A DNA stretch of 64,000 nt. Origin: Paraspadella gotoi. Lineage: Eukaryota; Animalia; Chaetognatha. Numbering within the stretch: the first letter of the stretch is position 1; each line of letters opens with the position of its first letter. The stretch covers positions 14,018,770 to 14,082,769 of the forward strand of contig CM119271.1 of the NCBI GenBank assembly GCA_051294375.1. The letters are read 5' to 3'. Shown here in pieces: positions 1 to 13,300 of this stretch. Made by a program: the position numbers and the translations under genes. The notes beneath the pieces are model-generated. The model was not told the origin of the DNA and did not search any database. It was given only the letters and a program-made list of their open reading frames with translations.

Positions 1-605
1 TTCTTTCTTTTTTTTTTCTCGTTGGGAACCGATATTTTTATTTGTTCCCTTTTTTTTTGGTCGTTTAGGGAATTCTTTAGTTTAGGTATTCTTAATTTAA
101 ATTTTAACATTATTAATTTTTTTTTATATATAGTTTTGTTGTTGACGTCGTAAGCGTGTTACGCATTTCGTAAATTTGGATCACATTCTCGTCAATTCTA
201 TTCCCAGTAATTAATTTTAATGTTAATTGCGGCTCCATTGAATCGGGCTATCATTAGGTCAGGTCTCGGACCTATGGCTGCAAATAAAGCCCCCAGGAGG
301 TAACCCGGAAGACATAGAACATAGAACATAGAAAGTTTATGAATTTATTTCATTCTGATATAATAAAAAAAAAAACATTGTTTTTTTTTCTTTATTAAGA
401 AAATAAGAGAGAGGAAGAGAGAGGAAGAGAGAAAAGACAAGACAGAGAAGAGATAGGTCGAAACGGAAGAGGCAGGAGGGCGTGGCCTGACACCCGAGGG
501 AGAAAAGTTCGGTTCGCTCGTGGGCGAAGAGCGGGTGATGTATTTAAATGAGGATTTGAGCGGAGAAAGAAGGAAGGGGGGAGAAATATGATGAATAAAT
601 GGAGG

Positions 606-758
606 AATGAATCTATGAATGAATTAATGAATGAATGAATGAATGAATGAATGAATGAATGAATGAATGAATGAATGAATGAATGAATGAATGAATGAAT
701 GAATATATGGAGGAATGGATGGATGAATTAATGAATGATGAATGAAAAAATGAATGAT
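606..758 (+). repeat. (GAAT)n microsatellite running into an assembly gap (N 759-992)
   Basis: Direct tandem GAAT units. ORFs over this region are repeat or gap artefacts. Confidence 0.95.
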
Positions 759-2226
759 TNNNNNNNNNNNNNNNNNNNNNNNNNNNNNNNNNNNNNNNNN
801 NNNNNNNNNNNNNNNNNNNNNNNNNNNNNNNNNNNNNNNNNNNNNNNNNNNNNNNNNNNNNNNNNNNNNNNNNNNNNNNNNNNNNNNNNNNNNNNNNNNN
901 NNNNNNNNNNNNNNNNNNNNNNNNNNNNNNNNNNNNNNNNNNNNNNNNNNNNNNNNNNNNNNNNNNNNNNNNNNNNNNNNNNNNNNNNNNNNTCTCTCTC
1001 TCTCTCGTCATTTCCCCCCTCCCCAATTCCCGACCTTTGCCGGAAATCGAGGTCACTCGAGGTCAATCGGGGGTCAAGCCGCCGGAACAAAGGGTCGTGA
1101 TTCGCCGGAGAAAAGTCAACGCCCCCTTCGACACCTCCAACACCTCCACCGGGATCTTCCTAAGTCATGAGGAGGGATAGAGAAGTTGGCAAGCTTCGAC
1201 CTCGGGATCCCCCGCGTGGCGAGAACTTTGGGCGTGGCCGAAAGTGGGCGTTGCCGCTTTGACCTTTGACCTCGATTCGTCGACTCCGGATTGAAGCGGA
1301 AGATTTGTCTCGCGCTCGGGGGGAGGATTTTTTTTTTCCTTGGGAAAATGGGGGGGGTTATTAATATTTCTTTTTTTAGGTTATTTTTTCCGGGGTAGAC
1401 GTCGTCGTCGTCATTGTCGTCGTCGTTGATCGTTTGTCACTGTCATCCTCGTAGCGTTTTTTAGTATCAAAGTTTTAAGAAAAGAAAAGAAAAGAAAAGA
1501 AAAGAAAAGAAANNNNNNNNNNNNNNNNNNNNNNNNNNNNNNNNNNNNNNNNNNNNNNNNNNNNNNNNNNNNNNNNNNNNNNNNNNNNNNNNNNNNNNNN
1601 NNNNNNNNNNNNNNNNNNNNNNNNNNNNNNNNNNNNNNNNNNNNNNNNNNNNNNNNNNNNNNNNNNNNNNNNNNNNNNNNNNNNNNNNNNNNNNNNNNNN
1701 NNNNNNNNNNNNNNNNNNNNNNNNNNNNNNNNNNNNNNNNNNNNNNNNNNNNNNNNNNNNNNNNNNNNNNNNNNNNNNNNNNNNNNNNNNNNNNNNNNNN
1801 NNNNNNNNNNNNNNNNNNNNNNNNNNNNNNNNNNNNNNNNNNNNNNNNNNNNNNNNNNNNNNNNNNNNNNNNNNNNNNNNNNNNNNNNNNNNNNNNNNNN
1901 NNNNNNNNNNNNNNNNNNNNNNNNNNNNNNNNNNNNNNNNNNNNNNNNNNNNNNNNNNNNNNNNNNNNNNNNNNNNNNNNNNNNNNNNNNNNNNNNNNNN
2001 NNNNNNNNNNNNNNNNNNNNNNNNNNNNNNNNNNNNNNNNNNNNNNNNNNNNNNNNNNNNNNNNNNNNNNNNNNNNNNNNNNNNNNNNAATCGAGTCTTT
2101 CGAGATCCGCGACGGCACCAGAGGCGTAAAAAAATAAGTGCCGAACGCGTGGAAAGTCTAGGGTGAAGGCGAGTGAAGATGTCGGGCGGCGCGCGTCTAG
2201 CAGGGCGGTGAGAGAGGAGAGAGAGA

Positions 2227-2276
<50 letters not shown>

Positions 2277-3392
2277 AAGAGAGAGAGAAACTTGAATTAC
2301 TGTACACATGAGATCAGAGTGTCTTAAAAAGTTTATATAAGTGAAACATCATAATAATTGAAATAATTTATTATACCTATAAGCGAGGCCGAGTGAATAC
2401 GACGACTCGTGAACGAGAGGTCTGCATCATTTCCTGTAATAGTGATGAAGGCCTTAAATCCACCATATGCCAGCATAGACCTGTCCAAATAGTAGGGCAA
2501 GATGAGTTTATTAATGAATGGATAATTTTTGTTTTGGTGACAATTTATATGGCAACTACGAATGACGTCGTGGTCCATTATGATTCAAAGGAAGAAGAAA
2601 GTTGGGGTGTGTTTTCTTTTTTATGCGGTCGCTGCAGTAAGCCGCTGCGCATAGAACCTGTCAGGCCGCCACCTCAGTCGCCGCGATGCGTACGAGATTT
2701 AACATTATTTTTTATGCGTACAGTCGGGGATTGTTTTTTACGCTCGCTCCGACGGTCGTCTCGTGCGTAACCTTTTCGATTAACGGGCGTCTTACGTTCC
2801 CTTCTTTTTCGGCTCCGTAGATAAAGTGACCAACTTTTTCTCGGAGAAAAAAACTGACCTCCTTTCTCCATTGTTTTCTCTTCTCAAAACGACACTTTTT
2901 TTTTTCTTTCTGCGAGGTGAACGAAATGGATAGATTATCGAATCGCATTTCGTTCGAGTTTTTGTGTGTCTTTCTGTCATTTTGTCAGTCTGCCAGTATG
3001 TCTGTCTGTCTTTCTCTTTCTCGTTTATTTCTATCTCATTAATTGTACGTCTGGTTTATTTGTCCATCTGTAGTTCAGTGTATCTATCGGTTTATCTGTC
3101 TGTCCTTATATCTCCACTTTCTTTTTCTCTATCTCTCAGTTTCTTCACAATTGTATTAAATCGTTATTGTCTACTTTTTGCAATGTGGGATAAAAATTGT
3201 GATTTTCAGCCAAATCTAAAAGAACTGGGAGAAAATAAATTCCTCCGAAAATTGATTAAAATACTCGCGCAACGGGATTTGATCAGTAATCACTTTGTGA
3301 ATTTAAAAAAAAGACGTCAGCGTGAAAAAGGCGGAGTATTAAAGGGGCTTCCCTCACGAAAAATCTATTATCTCTCTCTCTCTCCCTTCTCG

Positions 3393-3427
<35 letters not shown>

Positions 3428-3430
3428 CTG

Positions 3431-3461
<31 letters not shown>

Positions 3462-3675
3462 CTCCCTCATCTCTCAACATTTTTTTCGGCAATTTAATCA
3501 TGCAAATTTGTTTTTTTCTCTCGTCGCAAAGGATTGAATAAGAAAAGGAGCCTCGTTGTTGATTCGGGCCACGAAGAGCGGGATCCCCTAAACGGATGGC
3601 ACAATTTTCATAAAATTTACGCCAAAACTTATCATCTTTCAATAAACTTTAAATCACTTTTAATTTTTTTTTTTT

Positions 3676-4070
3676 GGCGGACCGACCGACCGGCGGACCG
3701 ACCGACGGTGGACCGACCCGACGCGGCGGACCGACCGCACCGGCGGCGGACCGAACCAGACCGGCGACCGACCGACCGGCGGCGGACCGACCGACCGGCG
3801 CCGACCGGACCGAGCGGACGGACCGACCGAGCGGCGGACCGACCGACCCGGCGGACCGACCGACCGGCGGACCGACCGACCGGCGGACCGACCGACCGGC
3901 GGACCGACCGACCGGCGGACCGACCGCCGGCGGACCGACCGACCGGCGGACCGACCGACCGGCGGACCGACCGACCGGCGGACCGACCGACCCGGCGGAC
4001 CGACCGACCGGCGGACCGACCGACCGGTGGACCGACCGAGCGGCGGACCGACCGACCGGCGGACCGACCG
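3676..4070 (+). repeat. GC-rich minisatellite, 16-bp unit GGCGGACCGACCGACC
   Basis: Repeated GGCG(GACC)3 units. The overlapping R/T/D/P-rich ORFs on both strands are repeat translations. Confidence 0.95.
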
Positions 4071-4277
4071 TAAAATTCTCAAAAATGTAACTTATCGCTC
4101 AAATCGTAAGATAAAGAACTAATAATTTATGAAGATAATAAATGATAAATCAAAAATAAACTGCCAAGGTTGGGACGGGAGACGATTGGTAAAATTTTAA
4201 CTTTTTTAAGAGTCGAAAGGTTACAAAATCATAAAAAAAAAAAAACTAAAAAAAACAGGGGCGAAATAACAATTAGA

Positions 4278-4313
<36 letters not shown>

Positions 4314-4366
4314 TCTATTTTACGCTCTCCTGCTTTTAGTTTTATAATTTGTTATATATATAGTTA

Positions 4367-4946
4367 TTAAGGCGTAGTAAAATTTATGAATTTAACTTAA
4401 ATTAAAATTCTAAAAGTGAGGAACGAACAACATTATATTAATGAATATTTATGTAATAAAAAAATTTATAATAAATTTTACAATTTACGCAGCAGGCCAT
4501 ATTTATACTAGTATTAAACCAATAAATGTTAAAATTTCAAAACAGTTTTTCTAAGATTTTTTTGCAGATTTGGATTCGTCATAAAAAGTTGATAAAAAGA
4601 AATATAATTCTTTTTGAAAAATTCTTTCATTAAGTGGGTCAAAAATTAGAAAAAGCTATATTTTAAGCTGAAAATTATATTTTTTATATATTAAATATAG
4701 TTTTTTTCATTTTTAACTCACTTAATGAAAGAATTTTTAAAAATGATTTATATTTTCTTTATCAACTTTTGATGAGGAATTCAAATCTGCAATCAAAATT
4801 AAGAAAAGCTTATTTTGAAATTTTTTGATTTTATAAGGATAGTACTATATATAAATATAGCCTACTGCAAAAATTAAAAAACATAAAATTAATTTTTTTT
4901 ACAAATTAATGTTTACTGATGGTATGTTGTTTCATAATTGACTTTT
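4367..4946. mobile_element. AT-rich palindromic MITE with a TTAA-GGCGTAGT end (Kolobok-like); right end truncated by an N gap
   Basis: About 4490-4665 is the inverted complement of about 4690-4870 (GCAGATTTGGATTCGTCATAAAAAGTTGATAAA vs TTTATCAACTTTTGATGAGGAATTCAAATCTGC). The related end CGTAGTGAAAGTTACA occurs at 6240-6263 (-) and 12717-12845. Similar palindromes lie at about 31140-31400 and 41200-41460. Confidence 0.6.
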
Positions 4947-5557
4947 NNNNNNNNNNNNNNNNNNNNNNNNNTTTTTTAAATCAAATGATTTTTAAAAAGT
5001 CCTAAATTAAGTGGCGGCCATTTTTTTTTGGCACGTGACCTGCGATGCTGTATAAATTGGTAGAGGTTTGAATTTGGAAGAGGGGAAGTGGAGCGGAAGG
5101 ATGACGGAGGAGCAGAGAGGGAAGGAAGAGTAGGAGGAAGAAGGGGAGGAGGGAGAGGAGGAGGAGCAGGGAAAGGGGATGAGGAGCAGGAAGGGAAGAA
5201 GAGTAGGAGGAAGAAGGGGAGGAGGGAGAGGAGGAGGAGCAGGAAAAGGGGGATGAGGAGCAGGAGGGGAAGGAAGAGTAGGAGTGAGAGGAGGGAGAAA
5301 GGGAGGAGGAGGAGGAGCAGGAGGTTGAGGACGAAGATGAGAGAGAAATAAGAAGATGAGGGAAAAAAGATAATATTATTTGAGATTAGGCGGGATTGAA
5401 AGTCAAAAAAGAAAGAGCGGGGTGAGTTAACGGGTAAGTTTTAACGAAGGTTATTTATTTCCGAGGATCAATCATCATAGTTTCGCCTCTTCATGAGAAA
5501 AATCTCAGACTCGAAATTAAATCGACGAAAAAAAATTCTGAAATTCGATCGAGAAGC

Positions 5558-6228
5558 AGACCGACCGACGGCGGACCGACCGAGCGGCGGACCGACCGAG
5601 CGGCGGACCGACCGACCGGCGGACCGACCGACCGGCGGACCGACCGACCGGCGGACCGACCGACCGGCGGACCGACCGACCGGCGGACCGACCGACCGGC
5701 GGACCGACCGACCGGCGGACCGACCGACCGGCGCCGACGACCGACCGACGACGGCGGACCGACCGACCGGCGGACCGACCGACCGGCGGACCGACCGACC
5801 GGCGGACCGACCGAGCGGCGGACCGACCGACGGCCGCGACCGACCGAGCGGCGGACCGACCGACCGGCGGACCGACCGACCGGCGGACCGACCGACCGGC
5901 GGACCGACCGACCGGCGGACCGACCGACCGGCGGACCGACCGACCGGCGGACCGACCGACCGGTGGACCGACCGACCGGCGGACCGACCGACCGGCGGAC
6001 CGACCGACCGGCGGACCGACCGAACCGGTCGGACCGACCGACCGGCGGACCGACCGAGCGGCGGACCGACCGACCGGCGGACCGACCGACCGGGGACCGA
6101 CCGACCGGCGGACCGACCGCGACCGGTGACCGACCGACCGGCGGACCGACCGACCGGCGGACCGACCGGCGGACCGACCGACCGGCGGACCGACCACCGG
6201 TGGACCGACGACCGGCGGACGACCGAGC
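5558..6228 (+). repeat. Second GGCGGACCGACCGACC minisatellite array
   Basis: Same 16-bp unit as 3676-4070, about 670 bp long. Confidence 0.95.
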
Positions 6229-7899
6229 GAGAATTTTCGTATGTAACTTTCACTACGCCTTAATAGTTATATAATGGATTCTTTTACAATCTTATTGAAC
6301 TTACATCATCATTATTTAAGTTATTGTAATAAAAAGTAGGGGGCGACTTTTATATGTTAAATAGATCAATTATTAGCGTAGAAAAGATTAAAATATATAA
6401 TACATACGTTAAATATTAATTTTCTTACTGTTTATAAATCACTATTAATTATTTGCTTGCTTTTGGAAAAGCTAAAAACTTCCTTATTTGGTTATGATTA
6501 AAAAGCAATAGCTTTTGCAAAAGCAAACGATTGTGTCCATTTTAACCTTACGTCCACAATAATAATATTTTGACGTCGTCATCATATTTTTTTTTCAGTT
6601 ATAAATGTAATAAAAGTATTTTATCATAAACATTTTCTTCATCAGTTCGAAAGTTCAAAGTTTAAAGATCGAATCGCTTCAAATAAACACAAAAAACTAC
6701 GACTTATAGAAAACGGCACTTTTTTTCAAAGAAGCCCCTTGCTGCGGCTCCTGAAGCAGCGGACTCAAACACGCGCACAAAACACGTATCTTTTGCTGCT
6801 TCCATCGTCGCTTTATGGCTTTATGCGTCACTCCTTTCGTCGTCGCTCTCACCGTCACAACTGGTTCCTCCAGGTTAATAACCCAGGGTCGTTGTATTTT
6901 AAATTATATTTTAAATCGCTTCAGCGATTTACTTTAACCTTAAATTTCGGTATTTTTTTTTCTTTTTTTTGTCCGTCATTTTTTTTCCTTCCTGTCATCT
7001 CTCTCTCCTACTAAGAGGTTTTCTTTCATTTCTTACTAACAGCATTTTGGTTCAGATTTGTATAGAGATTTGCTCTTTTGTCTGCACCCACCTATTCTTC
7101 ACTTGCATCGCTTTAGACAAAATAGCACATTGGCATATTTTAAAAATATTTTTACAGAGGGTACCATAAATGGAAGAGAGAACTTAGGAGTATGTTTGGA
7201 TACCACGACCTATCTACAATTTTTAATAATCGTAAGAAAACCTTTATCTCAAAGATCCATACAATGAAAAATATTGTTCTTCAGAAACTTGTTCCGTTCT
7301 TTACAACATAAGAACTATTTTTAATTATTTAAATTTTAATCAATTAATTTTATTTCATTAACTGTTTTTTCTTTCTATTTTATAATATTTTTCGTTTTCT
7401 CAGACTTAGTCTATGTTTGTTTGTTTGTTTGTTGATGATGATTGTACTGAATTAACCTTGTTGTATTCGAATAAAATATCATATAAACAAAGGAATTGTT
7501 TTAGGACAAAGGAACATTTTTTTAAAGGTCCTGCTCATTTTTATGAAATAAAACAACATTCAATTTAAGTTTTTTTATATTTTAAGCTTTATTTACTAGA
7601 AGGCTCTCTAAACAAAAGAGCATTCAGTAAGACAAGATAGCACTTTTGATTAAGTTTTAAAATTATTTACCAGATGTCTTATTCTTTTTTAAAAAATAAA
7701 GGAACATACATATTAAATTTGATCTGCACCTGCTAGATTTTCCTTTGCACCTGCTTTTATACAAAAGTTATATCATACAAAATAATTTAATAATTTCTTA
7801 ATTAACATCATTTTTTAATCAGAAAAAAATATATATATAAATATTATATCCTATATTTTTAACTTATTTTTTTTCCTTACCAATATTTTTTTAAAAACT

Positions 7900-8170
7900 G
7901 TATAAGTTAAAAAAATGATGCAAGTTAAAAAATGATGCAAATTAAAAAAATTATGCAAGTTGAAAAAATGCTGCAAGTTGAAAAAATGATTCAAGTTGAA
8001 AAAATTATGCAAGTTAAAAAAATTATGCAAGTTAAAAAAATTATGCAAGAAGAAAAAATGATGCAAGTTGAAAAAATGATGCAAGTTAAAAAAATGATGC
8101 AAGTTGAAAAAATGATACAAGTTAAAAAAATAATACAAGTTGAAAAAATGAAAAAGTTAAAAAATGATTC
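7900..8170 (+). repeat. 18-bp minisatellite (ATGCAAGTTRAAAAAATK)
   Basis: Tandem 18-bp units. Explains the MQVEKM and FFNLHH pseudo-ORFs. Confidence 0.9.
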
Positions 8171-9084
8171 AAATTTAAAAAAATATTATTAGTGCCATAG
8201 TAACAGTTCAGTTTAAGCCTTTGAAAGCGATTTACATGTATTGGCACAGCCACTGGTTATTTTTACGATTAAAAGATTTAAAAAAATGATATATGTCTTT
8301 CCGCGCTTAGAAAAAAATCCGAAAGAACGAACCGGTTTCTGATAATTTTGGTTCCAAGCAATTTTTTCACCAGTAGCGCAGTAAATATTACAAAACAATG
8401 GATGATTTCTGAAACTGCAGTGTTTGGGCTATCCAACGCAGAAAAAAGAAAATCCATAAAGGTTTTGACGAAAAAATACTGAAAATAAACACGATGATTA
8501 GTCTGATTTCCTTTTGAATTTTCTTTATTTTGCGGTATTTACTGTAGAAGTCAAATAAATATACAGCGGTCATGCACATAACGAAAAAAATACCTTGACG
8601 TCATAGTAAGAAATAATAGCAATTAATCCAAATTTTTTTCTCAAAATTTATCATCATTTTTGTTTCTTACTGTTTTTGCCAAACATGCCCTTTAAAATTA
8701 TAAAAATAAAGATTAGCTAATGAAACTACAATGTCTTAGGTACATTTCGTTGCCCGAATAAAGAAAATTCATTGATATCATAGTCTCAATATGGAGCCTT
8801 GAAATACCTCATTTTCTTCATAATTTACCCCTTTATTGATAAAGGCCTTGTATTATATTAATATAGCTAATGGACAATATGCAAAGGTTTTAATTTGCAC
8901 CTGAAGATGACCACAATTTAAAAATCTGATAATACAGTCTTTTAGCCCTGTGGATAAGGCGCTAAGTGGGCTGAAGATGACTATCCGTAACTTCTATAAC
9001 CCCCTTTAGTAGCTATGGAACGGGTCCTGGGCTTGGAACCAGGCTTGAGAGTTTGCCACACCCCCAAGGCGGCTTACGGCCGTC

Positions 9085-9165
9085 CTCACGCTTCCCACAG
9101 GGTAGGGATTGAACCCGGTACCTAATGGTCATGAGCTGATGGCTTTACTCAATGAGCCACCGGGT
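9085..9165 (-). mobile_element. tRNA-derived SINE head (Met-like anticodon loop)
   Basis: The minus strand reads CCCGGTGGCTCATTGAGTAAAGCCATCAGCTCATGACCATTAGGTACCGGGTTCAATCCC, with A-box-like TGGCTCATTG, a CAT loop and B-box GGTTCAATCC. Stems are imperfect, so this is not a functional tRNA. Confidence 0.6.
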
Positions 9166-9929
9166 TAGGACTGAAGGTGTCATGCCCATAGGCGGGGTGA
9201 ACCTAGGCAATGCCCGACTACAGCCCTATGTCAGTAGTTTCTAAATCAGGGAGAACAAAGTTTGAACTCCTAAATTTTCATATTTAAATCATATGTTTTT
9301 TAAGGTTGCTACATGATTTTTTACTTCTTTTTTTTCAACAAAATGATCCGATTCCATCTTTTGGTTCTGATTCCATGATTTTCCATCTGCGATGATATAA
9401 ACGTTTGAGGTATAGAAAATCTCTGTTTACATCAGAAACATAATTTAATCTTTTCTCTTTCAGAATCTTTAATTTTTTATTTTTTAAATACGGCCAAGTA
9501 TGTTTAATTTAATTTCAAAAGTTGTTGTACTTTTGACTCCGATACAGAATAAAGAAAAATCCTTTGAAAAGTTTGAGAAAAATTATACCGAAAAGATGCC
9601 CCATAATTATGGCTTTAATATAATACCAGTCGCATCGTTCTATCATTTTTGGTTCAAAAGATATCAAAGAAAATCAATTTCTTTATTACCAATTAAGTCA
9701 CTCGGCCGAAGCTAAAAATTTAAGTGGAACCAAAAAACGCAGATTTGTTTTAAAAATTGGGCGTGGAAAATGACCATTTCTTGTAGATTATTTTTCAATG
9801 CGTGAATCGATTGATTTTAAATGTTACATCAACAATAATGACATCATTTTCTGTCAGTAAATGTAAAAATATTTAAAAACTTATAAACAACAGGTAACCG
9901 GCCTATCTAAACAATCAACACAAGAAAAA

Positions 9930-10298
9930 ATGTCTTCCGTCCGAAACTCATCTCACCTCGACCCACCCGCCGCTCCTTTCCTCATCTCACCTCACCCTTT
10001 CTGCGGCGACTCACCCTATTGGGATCCCAACGTCTCGTGGAACACTCCCGCCCCCGACGTCACCCTCTGCTTCGTGGACGTCACCCCAGCCTGGATCCCC
10101 GCTGTCTTTCTCCTCCTCTCCCTGCTCCTTCGCCCTTTTCATTTTTTCCGTCTGTGGAAGATGACGAGATCTCGAGCGAAGGCGGACGAGCCGCTTTGGG
10201 TTCGGGAGGCGGCGAAGCTGATGGTCGCCTCGTTGGCGTTGGGATCGACGATAGCGGAGTTAGCGATGATTGTAGGGGCAAGAAAGGACGCTTCGGCG

Positions 10299-10329
<31 letters not shown>

Positions 10330-13300
10330 TCTACTCTTCTCCCGCCCCAATCATCGATCGCTCGATCCTCATCGCCTCTTTTCTTCTCGTCATCATCTTG
10401 ACGAGACTCTCCAGATTCGACACCACCCTCCACTCCGCCGCCACACTCTTCGCCTTTTGGCTGCTGCACTTTCTCTTCCACCTGCTCAAGCTGCAGCATT
10501 TCGTCCGCGGCTCCGTGGCGTCCGGCGGCGTCGCTTTCGTCGACGAGGAGTTGGAGACGAAATTCGTCGTCACCGTCGCGTTGACCTTCGCGGCGTCGGT
10601 GGCGTCGGTGGCGCTGAACGGCGCCGGTAGAGGAGGGCGCCGCGATTCGCCGCTCGACGACGCCGGCGTATTTTCGCGCCTGACTTTTCTCTGGACGGCG
10701 CCGCTGATGCGGAGGGGGTTTCGAAATCCGTTGGCGAAGGATGATTTGGATCCTTTGCCGCGAAGGATGAAGATCGATAATTTTATGCGGGAATTTTATG
10801 GAAAATATTTGAAATCGAAAAATAAAAATATTAATTCCGAAACTTTCAAATCTAACGAAACAAACCAAGAAATTCCGGCGGTATTTCCGGAAAGCGCCTC
10901 ATTTCTGTCCGTAATCCTTGAAAGTGAAACCCTAATATCTAGCTGTAATCTCTAACGCTATCCTGATTCCTAATTTTAATCTCTAATACTTAACTTTAAC
11001 CCCCTAAACTGATCCCTAACCTCAATCAAAAAATTATCCATAACTTAATCCTTAACCTAATCTGCAAACTTAATTTTAAAATTAAAACTAAAATGTGGCC
11101 CTTTCGGAATAGAAAGCCGAAATTCCCTACCCTTTCAACTCCGGCCGAGTCCCGTCCCTCGCAAAAATCTTGCCACTCTGTCACATCGGTTCCCTCTTTC
11201 TCCTCGTCATCTTGAGGACCTTGTTCATCATTTCCGAACTGGCCAAGACCATCTGCCTCGGCTGGTTGATTCACCACCTCACATTTCGTCCCAGTGAAGG
11301 ATTTTACGAAGAGGCCTATCACCGTGAATGGAAATGGAAGGGACTTTTATACGCGATTCTACTCTTTCTCGTTTCTGTGATTCAACCTTATTTTCAGAAC
11401 TTTTTCTGGTTTCACACTCACCAGCTGGGGCTGAAGGTGAGCGCGGAGGGAGAAATTTGTTCGTTGATTTTGTTAAATTGTCGTTAAAAAAAATAGAATA
11501 TGAAAAATAAAAGATACGACAATAAATTTATTATTTATTTTAAAATTTAGTTTAATATAGTAATTATTTTGTAATTTTCATTAACGGATTGATTTGCGAT
11601 AGTATTTACTAAAAAAAAAGACTAAAACTGAAGATTTTAAAAGTTTTCTATTTAATTAAAAACATCTAAAAACTTTTAAATTTTTGTTAAATTTAATGGT
11701 AATAGTAACAAAGCTAAATCATTTTCAAAAATTAATATAACATTTATTTACACACTACGAAATTACTCAATTTAATTAAATTTATTCAATGAACAATTCG
11801 ATTTAACAAATATAAAAAAATTTTTTTGAAAAGTAGGACACCTTAAATAATTCTTTTCTTCTCAATCGTTCCACTTTATAATTCTATATCGTACAGGTCC
11901 AAAGTTCCCTCACTGTCGCCATCTTTGAAAAGAGCCTCAGAGTTACATATGGAGCTCGACGGTCCACTACATCCGGGGAGATCGTCAATCTGATGAGCGT
12001 CGACGCGAGGAAATTCTACGAGGGAATCGAACTTCTGGTCAGAATCTATTAATGTGCTTGAATGTCGTTTGCATATTGTAGTAATTTCTTTTAAGGTTTT
12101 GTGTCCTGTCCTGTCCTGAAATATGCAGATTTTTTTTTTGGATTTTGCACTTTTATTAAAAGCTTTAATGATGATTATATTGACTTCGTAGACGTTTCTC
12201 TTATTTTACTACGATGATTATCAATTCATTTTGTTTCTGCTTAGCCAGTGTTGGACTCAAATTCTTCATAAGATGTAAAAAACTCCTTAAATAAAACTCC
12301 GAAATAAACCGATTTATCTCGGGTTCTCCTGAAAAAAGTGAGACCCTTAAAATTAAAGTGTTGCGTGAAATCCGCATATATTGTAAACTTTTTTCCGACT
12401 GTCCCAGCCTGCAATAAGCCCAGCCAAAGCACCATCCCCCACCATCCCCACACTTAACCATCTCCCAGATCGTCGGCTTCCTCATCCCCGTCCACGTATC
12501 CCTCGCCATGTGGATCCTTCACTCCCAAATCGGCTCGTCCGCCTTCGCCGGGATGGCCTGCCTCCTCGCCATCGTCCCGCTCAACGCCCTCATCGGAGTC
12601 AAGACCAAATCCTTGCAAGAAAGTCACATGACCTTCAAAGACGCCAGAGTCAAAATGACCAACGAGATCTTGAACAGCGTCAAGGTCAGAGGCGTGTAGA
12701 GTGGTAGACACTAGAGCGTAGTGAAAGTTACATCTGAAAATTCTAAATGTCAATTAAGAACAACATACCGTCAGTGAACATTAATTTGTAAAAAAAAACT
12801 TAATTTTATGTTCTTCAATTTTCGCAGTAGGCTATATTTATATACAGGGTGGGACCATGAAAGATATTTTGTTACCTCGCGTCGGGTCATTGGCATTGAG
12901 CATTGAGCACCATGGATCCCTTAGGATTACAAAATAAATAAATAAATAAATAAATAAATAAGAAATCTTAAATTTAACTAAAACTAAAAAAGAAGAAATA
13001 TTTTGAACGTTTCTAGAGGAAAAAAGTCAACTAAATCTATCAATGATAGTGTAGGACTGCTTGTTCTTGCCAAAGCAGTATAGGGACTCTAATCAATTAA
13101 ACATTATGCCTTATTATATGTAATAATATTAATTACCCATATGCTAAAAAATTGCCCCTGAAATTCCAGGTTCTCAAGTTTTACGCGTGGGAAAATTCCT
13201 TCATCCATCGATTGAGCGAATTGAGACGAAAAGAACTCGACGTTTATCGGCGTCAACTTCTTTGGCACAGCGTCATGAGGTTCCTCACCAACGCGGCGCC

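Noticed and set aside
3534-6274. Long R/T/D/P- and R/S/V/G-rich ORFs on both strands
   Set aside because: Translations of the 16-bp GACC minisatellites; stop-free because of composition.
7851-8192. Repetitive MQVEKM and FFNLHH ORFs
   Set aside because: 18-bp minisatellite with no splice context or domain.
8900-8985. Two CTGAAGATGAC motifs as possible hammerhead cores (also 41369)
   Set aside because: No stem II followed by GAAAC; at most decayed remnants.
9085-9165. tRNA-Met gene
   Set aside because: Acceptor and anticodon stems do not pair; better explained as a SINE head. A similar B-box fragment lies at about 60895-60910 (-).
10950-11090. Interstitial telomere-like CCTAAC/TAACCC tracts (also about 46965-47040 and 61400-61510)
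   Set aside because: Highly degenerate low-complexity sequence, not true tandem telomeric repeats.
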